64,000 nt of DNA, taken from contig DATLIG010000155.1 in NCBI GenBank assembly GCA_035539555.1, forward strand, positions 2,422-66,421, read 5' to 3'. This document shows positions 17,773-28,033 of this stretch, piece after piece. Positions within the stretch are counted from its first letter, which is position 1. Each line of letters begins with the position of its first letter. A program made the translations under genes and the position numbers. The notes beneath the pieces are model-generated. The model was not told the DNA's origin. It saw only the letters and a list, made by a program, of their open reading frames with translations, and searched no databases. This DNA comes from Nocardioides sp. (GTDB taxonomy: Bacteria; Actinomycetota; Actinomycetes; Propionibacteriales; Nocardioidaceae).

Positions 17773-18342
17773 ATGGGTGCGCGGAGCAGGCCGCGGGTCG
17801 AGGTACGACGCTCGGACAAGCGGCGTCGTACCGTCTCGGCGTACCGCGACGGCGCCAAGATCGTCGTGCTCGTCCCGGACAACCTCTCCGGCGAGGAGGA
17901 GCGGGCGTGGGTGACCAAGATGGTCGCCCGCGTCGAGCGCAAGGAGCTGCGCGCCGCGGCACCGCGCAAGTGGGACGACGCGGAACTGATGGCCCGCGCG
18001 CAACGGCTCAGTGACGCCTACCTCGGCGGCCTGGCGGTCCCGGAGTCGGTCCGGTGGGTCGGCAACCAGCGCTCGCGCTGGGGCTCCTGCACGCCGCGTG
18101 ACCGCACGATCCGGCTCTCCGAGCGGCTGCAGCGGATGCCCGAGTGGGTGATCGACTACGTGATCGTGCACGAGCTCGTGCACCTGATCGAGCCGCAGCA
18201 CGACGAGAAGTTCTGGGGCTGGGTCGCGCACTACCCGATGTGGGAGAAGGCCAAGGGCTACCTCGCCGGCTGGTCGGACGCGGCCCGGATGCCGCGCCCG
18301 CCCGGGCACGAGGTCTACCCCGCCGGCGACGCGGTCGACTAG
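17773..18342 (+). CDS. YgjP-like (DUF45/M48) metallopeptidase
   Basis: VRRSDKRRRTVSA, RWGSCT, DYVIVHELVH..H..FW. Confidence 0.9.
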   Translation: MGARSRPRVEVRRSDKRRRTVSAYRDGAKIVVLVPDNLSGEEERAWVTKMVARVERKELRAAAPRKWDDAELMARAQRLSDAYLGGLAVPESVRWVGNQRSRWGSCTPRDRTIRLSERLQRMPEWVIDYVIVHELVHLIEPQHDEKFWGWVAHYPMWEKAKGYLAGWSDAARMPRPPGHEVYPAGDAVD

Positions 18343-18896
18343 GACGCGTCCTGCGCCAGGATCTCCCGGGCCCGGGAGATGAGGGTGTGCATCTCCGGCT
18401 CGAGGTCGGGCAGGGCCGCGACCGGCCACCACCGCACGGCCAGGGACTCGTCGCTGACCACCGCCTCGGCGCCGGCCGGAGCGGCCGCGACGTAGCGGAC
18501 GTCGAGGTGGTGGACGTCGCCGCGCTCGCCGCAGAACGGCACCGTGTGGAGGTCGAGCTGCACCGGCTCGGGGTGGAAGGCGAGCTCGGTCAGCCCGCTC
18601 TCCTCGCGCGCCTCGCGCAGCGCCACCGCCGCCAGCGTCGCGTCACCCTCCTCGGCGTGCCCGCCGAAGTGGAACCAGCGCCCGGCCTTGCGGTGCAGGT
18701 TGAGCAGCACGTGCTCGCCGCTCGCGTCGACGACGAGCGTGCCCGCGGTGACGTGGTCCGGGTACGACGCCCGCCACATCCCGTCGGGACGCGACTCCAG
18801 GTGCGTGACGTAGCGGCGGCGGAGCTCCTCCTCCACCGGATCGGGCGCGTGCCAGTCCCGCAGGACCCGCAGGGCGTCCGCGTGCAGCCCGCTCAC
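18339..18896 (-). CDS. NUDIX hydrolase
   Basis: HVTAG, HRKAGRWFHFGGHAEEGD..ALREAREESG, HLDVRY; GTGA overlap with upstream gene. Confidence 0.9.
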   Translation of the reverse strand: MSGLHADALRVLRDWHAPDPVEEELRRRYVTHLESRPDGMWRASYPDHVTAGTLVVDASGEHVLLNLHRKAGRWFHFGGHAEEGDATLAAVALREAREESGLTELAFHPEPVQLDLHTVPFCGERGDVHHLDVRYVAAAPAGAEAVVSDESLAVRWWPVAALPDLEPEMHTLISRAREILAQDAS

Positions 18897-20257
18897 TCGC
18901 CGTCGGTCGGCGCGTCGGCGCCCCCGGCGCCGTCCGAGCCCTCCGGCCCGTCGAGCAGCCTGCGCAGCTCGGCGTCGAACTCGTCGTCCGACAGCTCCTC
19001 GGGCGTGGTCGCCTCGGCACGGAAGGACAGCGGGTCGTCCAGGTCGCTGGCGGTGGGCAGCAGGTCCGGGTGCATCCAGACGCCGTCGCGGGCCTCGGAT
19101 CCCGAGCGGGCGCGCAGGCCGCCCCACAGGGTCGACGCGTCGCGGAGCCGGCGCGGGCGCAGCTCCAGCCCGACCAGTGCGGCGAACGTCTGTTCGGCGG
19201 GTCCTCCGGCGGCCCTCCGGCGTCGTACGGCCTCGCGGAGCTTCGACGCCGCGGGCATCCGCTCCTCGGTGGCCTGGCCGACGACCTCGTCGACCCAGCC
19301 CTCGACGAGCGCGAGCGCGATCTCGAGGCGGGACAGGGCGGCCGTCTGCGCCTCGGTCTGCGGCGGGTCGAACAGACCGCCCTCGAGCAGGCCCTGCATG
19401 GACTCGAAGTTGGTCGGGTCGATGCCGCGCAGCTGCTCCTGCACCCGGTCCTGGATCTGCTGGGCGTTGATCTCCAGGCCGCGCGCGTAGTCGGTGACGG
19501 CACCGATGAGGTGCTCGCGCAGCCACGGAACGTGGGCGAACAGCCGCTGGTGGGCGGCCTCGCGCAGCGCGAGGTAGAGGACGACGTCGTCCTCGGTGAC
19601 GTCGAGGCCCTCGGCGAAGGCGCGCACGTTGCTCATCACCAGCGCCGCCTTTCCGGGCGCGCCGAGGGGGAGCCCGACGTCGGACGCGGTCAGCACCTCG
19701 CTCGCCAGTGCGCCGAGGCCCTGGCCGACCTGCATCGCGAGCATGCCCCCGACGGCCTGGCCGATGATGCCGACGAGCGGTCCGGCGGCAGCCTTCATCT
19801 CCTCGGGCAGGCCGCTGGACAGGCCGGTCACGGAGCGGGCCGCAACCGGCTCGACGAGGACCTTCCAGACCGGCTGGGTCTCGACCAGCCACTCGGCGCG
19901 CGACCAGGCGGCCGTCGTACTGACGCCCGACGGGAACGCGGTGGTCGCGTCGAGCCAGTGGTCGGCGAGGCGGACCGAGTCGGCGACCCGGTCGTGGTCG
20001 CGCTGGCCGGGGGTCGGGTCGGGCTCCTGGGCGACCTGCTGGCGCGCCATGTCGCCGGCGGCGTCCCAGTTGAGCGGACCGTCGTGCGGCTTCATCAGCG
20101 ACTGGAGCTGCTGGAAGAAGGCCATCCCGCCGCCGGGGCCGAAGGGGTTCGCGCCGCCGGGCAGGCCGCCGCCGAGGGCTCCGAAGAGCTGCTCGAAGGG
20201 CGTGCCCTTGAACGGGTTCGGCTGCTCGTCGCCGGGCTCGCCCGGGTTGTTGGTCAT
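18893..20257 (-). CDS. Zincin-like putative hydrolase (Rv3195-like)
   Basis: LREAAHQRLF, LALVEGWVD, GLELRPRRLR, WMHPDLLP. Confidence 0.88.
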   Translation of the reverse strand: MTNNPGEPGDEQPNPFKGTPFEQLFGALGGGLPGGANPFGPGGGMAFFQQLQSLMKPHDGPLNWDAAGDMARQQVAQEPDPTPGQRDHDRVADSVRLADHWLDATTAFPSGVSTTAAWSRAEWLVETQPVWKVLVEPVAARSVTGLSSGLPEEMKAAAGPLVGIIGQAVGGMLAMQVGQGLGALASEVLTASDVGLPLGAPGKAALVMSNVRAFAEGLDVTEDDVVLYLALREAAHQRLFAHVPWLREHLIGAVTDYARGLEINAQQIQDRVQEQLRGIDPTNFESMQGLLEGGLFDPPQTEAQTAALSRLEIALALVEGWVDEVVGQATEERMPAASKLREAVRRRRAAGGPAEQTFAALVGLELRPRRLRDASTLWGGLRARSGSEARDGVWMHPDLLPTASDLDDPLSFRAEATTPEELSDDEFDAELRRLLDGPEGSDGAGGADAPTDGE

Positions 20258-20337
20258 GACCCAAAACTACGCCTGATCGCCAACCGGCGGTGTGGGGGAG
20301 AGCCCTGAGTGGACCCCGGAACTCCTAGAGTGAGTCC

Positions 20338-20766
20338 ATGCCCCACCCCGCCGTACGCCTGGTCGCGATCTCCGACGAGCCGCTGTCCGTCGACAGCGTG
20401 CTCGGCAGCCTCGAGGACCCGACGGCCGGGGGGCTGGTGCTCTTCGTCGGCCGGGTCCGCGACCACGACCACGGCCAGGGCGTGGACGGGCTGTCGTACT
20501 CCGCGCACCCCAGTGCCCTCGAGCGCCTGCAGGACGTCTGCGACCGCGTCGCCGGTGAGTACGACGTCACGGGGGTCGCCGCCGTGCACCGGGTCGGCGA
20601 CCTCGAGATCGGCGACCTCGCCGTCGTCGTCGCCACGACCGCGGGCCACCGGGGCTCGTCGTTCGAGGCGAGCCGGGCGCTGATCGACACCCTCAAGGCC
20701 GAGGTCCCGATCTGGAAGCACCAGCGCTTCGCCGACGGCAGCGACGAGTGGGTCGGTTCGCCCTGA
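20338..20766 (+). CDS. moaE: Molybdopterin synthase catalytic subunit MoaE
   Basis: FVGRVRDHD, HRVGDLEIGD, IDTLKAEVPIWK. Confidence 0.92.
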   Translation: MPHPAVRLVAISDEPLSVDSVLGSLEDPTAGGLVLFVGRVRDHDHGQGVDGLSYSAHPSALERLQDVCDRVAGEYDVTGVAAVHRVGDLEIGDLAVVVATTAGHRGSSFEASRALIDTLKAEVPIWKHQRFADGSDEWVGSP

Positions 20767-20818
20767 GCGTCCGCGTGTCCTGACCGATCCGCCTCCACCA
20801 CCGACCTACCCTCGTCAG

Positions 20819-21172
20819 GTGGAGATCCTCTTCTGGCTGCTGCCCGCCGCCGTCGCGACCGCTGTCGCGACGGCCTGGGTCGGCTGGTGGGGTCGTGAGG
20901 GCCGTGGCGAGGTCGACCGCGAGACCGCGGCCCGGCGACTCGGCGAGGCCCTCTCGCGCGAGCAGCGCACCCGCCCCGGCTACGCCGTCGCGCCGCGGGT
21001 CGAGGACCGGTCCACCGGTGTCGCGCTGCGCCCGTCCAAGGTGCGTCCGGTCGTGCTCCCGGGAGCCGTGCCCGTCGTCGCCGAGGAGCCCCGCGCGCCG
21101 CTCGAGGAGCGCGCTGCCGAGGCGCCTGCCGAGACCGACGAGCAGCCGGCACGCGACCGCCGCGCGTCCTGA
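20819..21172 (+). CDS. Hypothetical protein with N-terminal TM helix
   Basis: MEILFWLLPAAVATAVATAWVGWW; TACCCT-N6-GTG. Confidence 0.75.
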   Translation: MEILFWLLPAAVATAVATAWVGWWGREGRGEVDRETAARRLGEALSREQRTRPGYAVAPRVEDRSTGVALRPSKVRPVVLPGAVPVVAEEPRAPLEERAAEAPAETDEQPARDRRAS

Positions 21173-21232
21173 CCGTTCCGCACCCCACCCTGAGGCACCC
21201 GTTCGTTGGCGCGGTCTGAGAAGGTAGGCGCC

Positions 21233-22270
21233 ATGAGCCAGCGCCTGATCGCCGTGTGCATCGCGGGACCGTTGGCGCTGATCCTCGGCGGGATCGCGCT
21301 GGCCGTGCCGCTGCCGTACGCGTCGTACAGCCCGGGGCCGACCTTCGACATCCTCGGGACGGACGACAACCGGGCCGAGGTCATCCAGGTCGACGGCCAC
21401 AAGGCCTACTACGACGAGGGCCAGATCCGGTTCACCACCGTGATCGCCTCGTCCTTCGGCCAGAAGCTCACCCTCGGCGACGCGCTCGCCCGCTGGCTCG
21501 ACCCCGACCGTGCGGTCGTGCCGTACGACGTCGTCCACCCGCCGGAGCAGAGCCAGGAGGACGAGGAGGCGGAGGGCCAGGTCCAGATGTCGACCTCGCA
21601 GGACACCGCCACCGCGGTCGCCATGGCCGAGCTGGGCATCGACGTGCCGACCGCCGTGCAGGTGGCGGGCGTGCAGGAGGACGGCCCGGCGAAGGACAAG
21701 CTCCTCGCGGGCGACCTCTTCCAGGAGGTCGACGGCGAGCCGGTGACCGACGCCGACCAGGTCGTGAAGGCGGTCCGCAAGCACACCGACCTGACCAACG
21801 TCGAGTTCAAGATCCTCCGCGACAAGAAGGAGCTCACCGTCCGGGTGAAGCCCGTGCTCGAGGACGGCACGCCCCGCGTCGGTGTCTCGGTCGGCCTCGG
21901 CTACGAGTTCCCGTTCGACGTCAAGCTCCGCGTCGACCCGACCGTCGGCGGACCCAGCGCCGGGCTGATGTTCTCCCTCGCCATCTATGACACGCTCACG
22001 CCGGGCTCGATGACCGACGGTGCGACCGTCGCCGGCACCGGTGAGCTGCTGCCCGACGGCACGGTGGGTCCGATCGGCGGCATCGCGCAGAAGATCGCCG
22101 GTGCCCAGGAGGCCGGTGCGCAGCTCTTCTTCGTCCCCAAGGACAACTGCCCCGACGTCGAGGACCTCGACCCCGACCTGCGCCTGGTCAAGGCGACCAC
22201 CATGCACGAGGCCCGGCTGGCACTGGAGGCGTGGACGAAGGACCACGACGCCGAACTCCCGGCCTGCTGA
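21233..22270 (+). CDS. PDZ-domain Lon-like (S16, YlbL) protease
   Basis: PYASYSPGPT, PDZ region, GGPSAGLMF, GPIGGIAQK. Confidence 0.92.
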   Translation: MSQRLIAVCIAGPLALILGGIALAVPLPYASYSPGPTFDILGTDDNRAEVIQVDGHKAYYDEGQIRFTTVIASSFGQKLTLGDALARWLDPDRAVVPYDVVHPPEQSQEDEEAEGQVQMSTSQDTATAVAMAELGIDVPTAVQVAGVQEDGPAKDKLLAGDLFQEVDGEPVTDADQVVKAVRKHTDLTNVEFKILRDKKELTVRVKPVLEDGTPRVGVSVGLGYEFPFDVKLRVDPTVGGPSAGLMFSLAIYDTLTPGSMTDGATVAGTGELLPDGTVGPIGGIAQKIAGAQEAGAQLFFVPKDNCPDVEDLDPDLRLVKATTMHEARLALEAWTKDHDAELPAC

Positions 22271-22329
22271 CGACCGACCTGCACCCGAGCCACCCCCGAG
22301 CCACCACTCCCGAGCACGAAGCGAGCCCC

Positions 22330-22899
22330 ATGGACTACGAGCTGGACGTCGACCCGGCCCTCGCGGCCGCCGTGCTGGAGCTGGAGGCGCACCACGCGCG
22401 GGCGGGCTGGGACCAGCCGTCCCGGCTGTACGCGCTCGTCGACACCTCGCAGCTGGTCGAGCAGGAGCCGGCGCTGGCCGCCCAGCTCGGCCTCGACCAG
22501 CCCATCGAGCGCGGCTCGCTGACGCCGATCGAGCAGGAGGAGCTGCCCGACGGGCAGCAGCTCGAGGAGGTGCTGCCCGGCATCGTGTGGCCCGACGTGG
22601 TCACCGGTTGTGCGGCGGTGGTGGAGCGGCTCGTGCTGCCCCCGGCCGCCGACGGACAGGTCCCCGACGACCCGGCGGCGGCGCTCGAGTTCGCGCGGGA
22701 GCACCCCGACGCCGAGGAGGTCCGCATCGTGGCCGGGGTCACCCGGCACGGGGCGGCGTACTGCGCACTGCGGATGCGCAGTCACGACGAGGACGCGGCG
22801 GTGATGGGCGGAACGGACGTGGTTCCGGCCCTCCTCGAACTGCTGCGTGGCACGCTGGAAGACGCGGAGGACGAGTCCATGGGTGGCAACGATGAGTGA
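22330..22899 (+). CDS. PPA1309 family protein
   Basis: GWDQPSRLYALVDT, LTPIEQEEL, WPDVVTGCA..VERLVLPP. Confidence 0.85.
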   Translation: MDYELDVDPALAAAVLELEAHHARAGWDQPSRLYALVDTSQLVEQEPALAAQLGLDQPIERGSLTPIEQEELPDGQQLEEVLPGIVWPDVVTGCAAVVERLVLPPAADGQVPDDPAAALEFAREHPDAEEVRIVAGVTRHGAAYCALRMRSHDEDAAVMGGTDVVPALLELLRGTLEDAEDESMGGNDE

Positions 22900-25846
22900 C
22901 CTGTTCGACGAGGAGCCGGCGAACCCGGCACCCGAGCGGCCCGGGCGGCGCGCCCGCGCGCTGGTGATCACCGGTGTGGTCCTGGTGCTCGGCTTCTTCC
23001 TGCTGACCGCATTCGCGTCGATCTACACCGACCGCCTCTGGTACAAGGAGGTCGGCTACGGACAGGTCTTCAGCACGATGCTGTGGAGCCGGGTCGGCCT
23101 GTTCGTCGTCTTCGGCGCGCTGATGGCCGCGATCGTCGCGGTCAACATGCACCTGGCCTTCCGCTTCCGTCCGCTGTTCCGGATGGCGCCCAGCGACGCG
23201 AGCGTCGAGCGCTACCGCGACGCGGTCACCCCGATCCGCGGTTGGCTCCTGGCCGGCGTCGGCGTCGTGGTCGGCATCTTCGCCGGCACGTCCGCCGTCG
23301 GGCAGTGGCGCACCTTCCAGCTCTGGCTCAACTCGCAGCAGTTCGGCCAGGAGGACGCCTACTTCGGCAAGGACATCAGCTTCTACGTCTTCCGCCTTCC
23401 GTGGTGGAACTTCCTCGTCGACTTCGTGATGGCCGCCACCGTCGTGGCGCTCATCGGCACGGCGGTCGTCCACTACCTGTACGGCGGCATCCGGCTCCAG
23501 CAGACCCACGACCGCCTCTCCGGCGCAGCCCAGGTGCAGCTATCGGTGCTGCTGGGGATCTTCGTCCTGGCCAAGTCGGTCGACTACTACCTCGACCGCT
23601 TCGACCTCGTCACCGACGACCACCGTCTGTTCACCGGCATGAACTACACGGCGGAGAACGCGCTGCTGCCCGCGCGCAACATCCTCGTCGGGGTCGCGCT
23701 CATCTGCGCGGTGCTGTTCTTCCTCAATGTCTGGCGCAAGACCTGGCAGCTGCCGTCGGTCGGGCTCGCGCTGCTCGCGCTGTCGGCCGTGCTGCTCGGC
23801 ATGATCTGGCCGGCGATCGTGCAGAACGTCCAGGTCGACCCGTCCGAGGCCGACAAGGAGAACGCCTACCTGCAGAAGAACATCGACGCGACCCGGGACG
23901 CCTACGGGCTCAGTGGCGTCGAGACGGCCGAGTACACGGCTTCGTCGTCGAGCGCGTCGGACACCGCCCAGTGGCGTGCGGTGACCGGCCAGCTCACCAA
24001 CGCGCCGGTCGTCGACCCGCTGCAGGTGCGCGACACCTTCCAGCAGCGGCAGCAGGTCCGCTCGTACTACAACGTGCCGAAGGTGCTCGACGTCGACCGC
24101 TACAACCTCGACGGGAAAGACGTGCCGCTCGTGCTCGGCGTCCGCGAGCTCGACCAGTCCGGGATCCCGACGGGCGACCAGAACTGGTCCAACCTGCACA
24201 CCGTCTACACCCACGGTGAGGGCCTGATCGCCGCCTACGCCAACCAGATCGCGACGACCGACGACCCCAACGGGCGGATCGCCTGGGCTGAAGGCATCGG
24301 CAGCGGCAACAGCGGACGCACGGACCTGAGCAAGGCCGAGAAGTTCGAGACCCGCGTCTACTTCGGCGAGCTCAGCCCGTCCTACTCCATCGTCGGCAAG
24401 GCAGGCAACGACGGGAAGGACGTCGAGCTCGGGCTGGCGAACGTGGGCAGCTCGGGGCAGGACCAGCGCACGACGTACGACGGCAAGGGCGGCGTCTCGA
24501 TCGGAGGCACCTTCAACCAGCTCATGTACGCGATCAAGTTCGGCGAGCCGAACTTCCTGCTGTCGGGACGGGTCAACGACAACTCGAAGGTGCTCTACAA
24601 CCGAGAGCCGGTCGAACGGGTCGAGAAGGTCGCGCCCTGGCTGACCGTCGACAGCGACCCCTACCCGGCCGTGGTCAACGGGAAGATCACCTGGATCCTC
24701 GACGGGTACACGACGACCGACAAGTACCCCAACGCGCAGCGCGACTCGTTCGAGTCGATGACCGACGACTCGCTCCAGCAGGAGAACCTCGGCATCCAGA
24801 CCATCCCGACCGACGAGATCAACTACATGCGCTCGGCCGTCAAGGCCACCGTCGACGCCTACGACGGCACGGTGACGCTCTACCAGTGGGACGAGGACGA
24901 CCCGATCCTCAAGACCTGGATGAAGGTCTTCCCCGGATCGGTCCAGCCCAAGTCCCAGATCGGCGAGGACCTGTTGCAGCACCTCCGCTACCCGGAGGAC
25001 CTGTTCAAGGTCCAGCGCTACCAGCTCGCGCGCTACCACGTGACCGACGCGGGTGCCTTCTACTCCGGCAACAACCGCTGGGAGGTCCCCGAGGACCCGA
25101 ACTCCTCGCGCCAGGTCTTCCAGCCGCCGTACCGGCTCTTCGCCACGGGTGAGGGCCAGAGCGTCGACAGCGACTGGTCGATGACATCGGTGTTCGTGCC
25201 CTACCGCAAGGGATCGCTGGCGTCGTACCTGCAGGTGAACTCCGACGCGACCACGGACGACTTCGGCCGGCTGCGACTGCTCGAGATGGCCGACCAGAGC
25301 GCACAGGGGCCGGGACAGGTCGTCAACGAGATGAAGCAGGACCCTGCCGTGGTCAGCACCCTGCAGGACCTCAACGTCAACAAGGACACCCCGCCGCGTT
25401 ACGGCAACCTGCTGACCTTGCCGGTCGAGGGGGGACTGGTCTACGTCCAGCCCGTCTACGCGCTGCGCACGACCGGTGCCGGCAGCTTCCCGATCCTGCA
25501 GTACGTCATCGTGAAGTACGGCGACGAGGTGGGCATCGCCTCCACGCTCCCGAGCGCGCTGGCCAATGCGCTCGGCGTCGACGGCGACACGGGCGAGGTG
25601 AAGCCGGGCGAACCCGGATCCGATCCCGGCCAGGGTGACGGCGACCCCGAGCCGGCGGGTTCGATCGACGACCAGATCGCTGCCAAGCTGCGCGACGCCG
25701 AGTCGGCCTTCACGGCGGCCGAGACCGCCCAGAAGAACGGGAACACGGTCGAGTGGGCCGAGCAGGTCGAGAAGGCGCAGGAGGCGATCGAGGAAGCGGT
25801 CAGGCTCGCGGACCGTCGTGACGCCGAGGCTGCTGAGAAGCAGTAG
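22892..25846 (+). CDS. UPF0182 family membrane protein
   Basis: YTDRLWY, DISFYVFRLP, YTHGEG, DSDPYP, NYMRSAVKATVDAYDG, HLRYPEDLFKVQR, YGNLLTLP. Confidence 0.95.
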   Translation: MSDLFDEEPANPAPERPGRRARALVITGVVLVLGFFLLTAFASIYTDRLWYKEVGYGQVFSTMLWSRVGLFVVFGALMAAIVAVNMHLAFRFRPLFRMAPSDASVERYRDAVTPIRGWLLAGVGVVVGIFAGTSAVGQWRTFQLWLNSQQFGQEDAYFGKDISFYVFRLPWWNFLVDFVMAATVVALIGTAVVHYLYGGIRLQQTHDRLSGAAQVQLSVLLGIFVLAKSVDYYLDRFDLVTDDHRLFTGMNYTAENALLPARNILVGVALICAVLFFLNVWRKTWQLPSVGLALLALSAVLLGMIWPAIVQNVQVDPSEADKENAYLQKNIDATRDAYGLSGVETAEYTASSSSASDTAQWRAVTGQLTNAPVVDPLQVRDTFQQRQQVRSYYNVPKVLDVDRYNLDGKDVPLVLGVRELDQSGIPTGDQNWSNLHTVYTHGEGLIAAYANQIATTDDPNGRIAWAEGIGSGNSGRTDLSKAEKFETRVYFGELSPSYSIVGKAGNDGKDVELGLANVGSSGQDQRTTYDGKGGVSIGGTFNQLMYAIKFGEPNFLLSGRVNDNSKVLYNREPVERVEKVAPWLTVDSDPYPAVVNGKITWILDGYTTTDKYPNAQRDSFESMTDDSLQQENLGIQTIPTDEINYMRSAVKATVDAYDGTVTLYQWDEDDPILKTWMKVFPGSVQPKSQIGEDLLQHLRYPEDLFKVQRYQLARYHVTDAGAFYSGNNRWEVPEDPNSSRQVFQPPYRLFATGEGQSVDSDWSMTSVFVPYRKGSLASYLQVNSDATTDDFGRLRLLEMADQSAQGPGQVVNEMKQDPAVVSTLQDLNVNKDTPPRYGNLLTLPVEGGLVYVQPVYALRTTGAGSFPILQYVIVKYGDEVGIASTLPSALANALGVDGDTGEVKPGEPGSDPGQGDGDPEPAGSIDDQIAAKLRDAESAFTAAETAQKNGNTVEWAEQVEKAQEAIEEAVRLADRRDAEAAEKQ

Positions 25847-25865
25847 GCCAGGTCAGGAGGCAGGC

Positions 25866-26468
25866 GTGCTCCTCACGCTCGACCTCGTGGGGATCTTCGT
25901 CTTCGCGATCTCCGGCGGTCTGGTGGCCGTGCGCAACCAGCTCGACATCGTCGGGGTGGTCGTGCTCGCGATGGCCACCGGGCTGGGCGGCGGGGTCATC
26001 CGCGACGTCGTGATCGGGGCGGTGCCGCCACCGGCGGTCGAGGACTGGCGCTACCTGCTGGTGCCCGTGGTGGCCGGGTTGGTCACCTTCTGGTGGCACC
26101 CCGCCGTCGGTCGCCTCGAGCGGGTGATCAACGTCTTCGACGCCTTCGGTCTCGGACTGTTCTGCGTCGCCGGTGCCCTCAAGGCCCACGACTTCGGGTT
26201 GGGCCCGGTGCCGGCCGCGGCCCTCGGACTGGTCACCGGGGTCGGCGGCGGCATCATCCGCGACCTGATGGTCGGGCGGGTGCCGGTGATCTTCCGCAAG
26301 AGCCAGCTCTACGCGATCCCGGCGCTGGCCGGGGCAGCCGTCGCGTCGACCGGCGCAGAGCTGGGTGTGCCGGACGCCGTGATCGTCGGGCCGGCGGCCG
26401 CGGTCACGATCGGCCTGCGGCTGCTGGCGCTCAACCGCGGGTGGACAGCACCGGTGCCCCGGGCCTGA
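25866..26468 (+). CDS. Trimeric intracellular cation channel (UPF0126) family protein
   Basis: DLVGIFVFAISG, GLGGGVIRD, DAFGLGLF, GVGGGIIRD. Confidence 0.92.
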   Translation: MLLTLDLVGIFVFAISGGLVAVRNQLDIVGVVVLAMATGLGGGVIRDVVIGAVPPPAVEDWRYLLVPVVAGLVTFWWHPAVGRLERVINVFDAFGLGLFCVAGALKAHDFGLGPVPAAALGLVTGVGGGIIRDLMVGRVPVIFRKSQLYAIPALAGAAVASTGAELGVPDAVIVGPAAAVTIGLRLLALNRGWTAPVPRA

Positions 26469-26485
26469 GGGCTCCGGGGCACCGG

Positions 26486-26528
26486 CCGTCGGCGTACTCG
26501 CCGGGCTTGTCCGTCGGCGTACTCGCCG
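26486..26528. repeat. Two 18-bp direct repeats with internal palindrome
   Basis: CCGTCGGCGTACTCGCCG at 26486 and 26511. Confidence 0.8.
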
Positions 26529-26575
26529 AGTTTGGCGGTCGGAGGCCGTCCTCAGGGGAGGTTGAAGCCCCCGAT

Positions 26576-26604
26576 TTGGCGGCCTTGTCGCCATGCCCTA
26601 ATGT
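26576..26604 (+). promoter_or_regulatory. tRNA promoter
   Basis: TTGGCG-17 nt-TAATGT. Confidence 0.55.
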
Positions 26605-26616
26605 TGTGTTCACCGA

Positions 26617-26693
26617 CGCGGGGTGGAGCAGCTCGGTAGCTCGCTGGGCTCATAACCCAGAGGTCGCAGGTTCAAATCCTGCCCCCGCTACCA
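26617..26693 (+). tRNA. tRNA-fMet (CAT), initiator
   Basis: CGCGGGGTGGAGCAGCTCGGTAGCTCGCTGGGCTCATAACCCAG...GGTTCAAATCC...CTACCA; C1:A72 mismatch, GGG/CCC anticodon stem. Confidence 0.98.
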
Positions 26694-26695
26694 AA

Positions 26696-26731
26696 TTCAG
26701 GCTCGGTTTCCTCTGGGAAACCGAGCCTGAA
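26696..26731 (+). terminator. Hairpin terminator after tRNA
   Basis: TTCAGGCTCGGTTTCC-tctg-GGAAACCGAGCCTGAA. Confidence 0.8.
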
Positions 26732-26853
26732 AGCTTTCTAACTTGACTCGGTCATCACAAAGTCAGCCTTATGTGAGTAGCGCACGGGCGGTCCGGACCT
26801 CCGCGGCCCAGCCCCCGCGCCGGTGGCGGCGACGGCGCCGCTACGACAGGGCC

Positions 26854-27870
26854 ATGAACACACTCATGATCGCCGCCCTGCCAGCCACCGCCCGCCCCAC
26901 CTTCGCGTCCACAACCACGGACGATCCCGACCTGACGCGGGCCGGGCTCACGTCCGTTGATGCCGCGCGCATCGGTGAGGCCCTCGCCGCGGCGCGCACG
27001 GACGGCACGCGACGCCTCTACGACGTGGTCTGGAGTCAATGGCAACGATGGTGCGCCCAGCGGGGTGTCACCGCCGTGCCGGCCGACCCACTCGCCGTCT
27101 GCGCGTACCTGACCGAACGCGCCGAAGCGGGCCGCGCCACCGGCACCCTCGACATGGCCTGCACCGTCATCCGGCACGTCCACCGAACCACCGGGGCCCT
27201 CGATCCGATCGCCTCCGAGGCCGTCCGCCGCGGCCTGCGCCGCACCTACGGCGCAGCGCCACGACGGCTCGCCCGGCCCCTGACGGTCGAGAAGATCCGC
27301 CAGATCGTCGGCGGCATCGACCGCTCCACCCCGCACGGAATCCGCGACGCCGCGATCATCCTGCTCGGCTACGCCTCCGCCGCCCGCCGCGCAGAACTCG
27401 TCGCCCTCGACCTCACCGACATCGAACACAAGCCCGCCGGACTCCTGCTCCACATCCGGCAATCGAAGACCGACCAGGAAGGCTACGGCCAGCAGGTCGC
27501 CGTCGCCCACGGCCAGCACGCACTCACCGACCCAGTCGCCGCCGTCAACGCCTGGCGAACCGTCCGCGGAGATGCCCCCGGCGCCCTGTTCACCCGCATC
27601 TGGGTGAGGAGCATCAGTTCCGAACGACTCTCCGGGCACGTGCCCGCCCGGATGCTCCGCGCCCGCGCCGAAGCCGCTGGGCTCGACGGCACCCGCATCA
27701 CCGCACACTCGCTGAGAGCCGGCCACGCCACCGCCGCCGCTCTGGCCGGTGTTCCGCTGGACCGGATCGCAGCCCAGACCCGGCACAAGGACCTCGGCGT
27801 CCTCGTCAACCGCTACATCCGGCCCCTCGAAGCACTCGCCACCACCTCGAGCAGGCACCTTGGCCTGTAG
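26854..27870 (+). CDS. Tyrosine recombinase/integrase (Cre-like architecture)
   Basis: RDAAIILLGYASAARRAEL (R), SKTDQ (K), HSLRAG (HxxR), QTRH, RYIR (Y). Confidence 0.92.
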   Translation: MNTLMIAALPATARPTFASTTTDDPDLTRAGLTSVDAARIGEALAAARTDGTRRLYDVVWSQWQRWCAQRGVTAVPADPLAVCAYLTERAEAGRATGTLDMACTVIRHVHRTTGALDPIASEAVRRGLRRTYGAAPRRLARPLTVEKIRQIVGGIDRSTPHGIRDAAIILLGYASAARRAELVALDLTDIEHKPAGLLLHIRQSKTDQEGYGQQVAVAHGQHALTDPVAAVNAWRTVRGDAPGALFTRIWVRSISSERLSGHVPARMLRARAEAAGLDGTRITAHSLRAGHATAAALAGVPLDRIAAQTRHKDLGVLVNRYIRPLEALATTSSRHLGL

Positions 27871-28033
27871 TGCGACAGCGATGGGGCTGCCGAGGGTGCC
27901 TTCGGAAACCTTTGATGGAGATTCTCGAATGCTCGGAGTGGGTCACAAGCCGGAGCATTGAGGCTCAGGGTCCCCGCATCCACCCCCGTCAGTCGCAAGA
28001 CGAGGGGTCATTGCCCCGCGGAGCGGGCGTTTG

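Noticed and set aside
26486-26528. CRISPR array
   Set aside because: Only two 18-bp units with a 7-bp spacer and no cas genes
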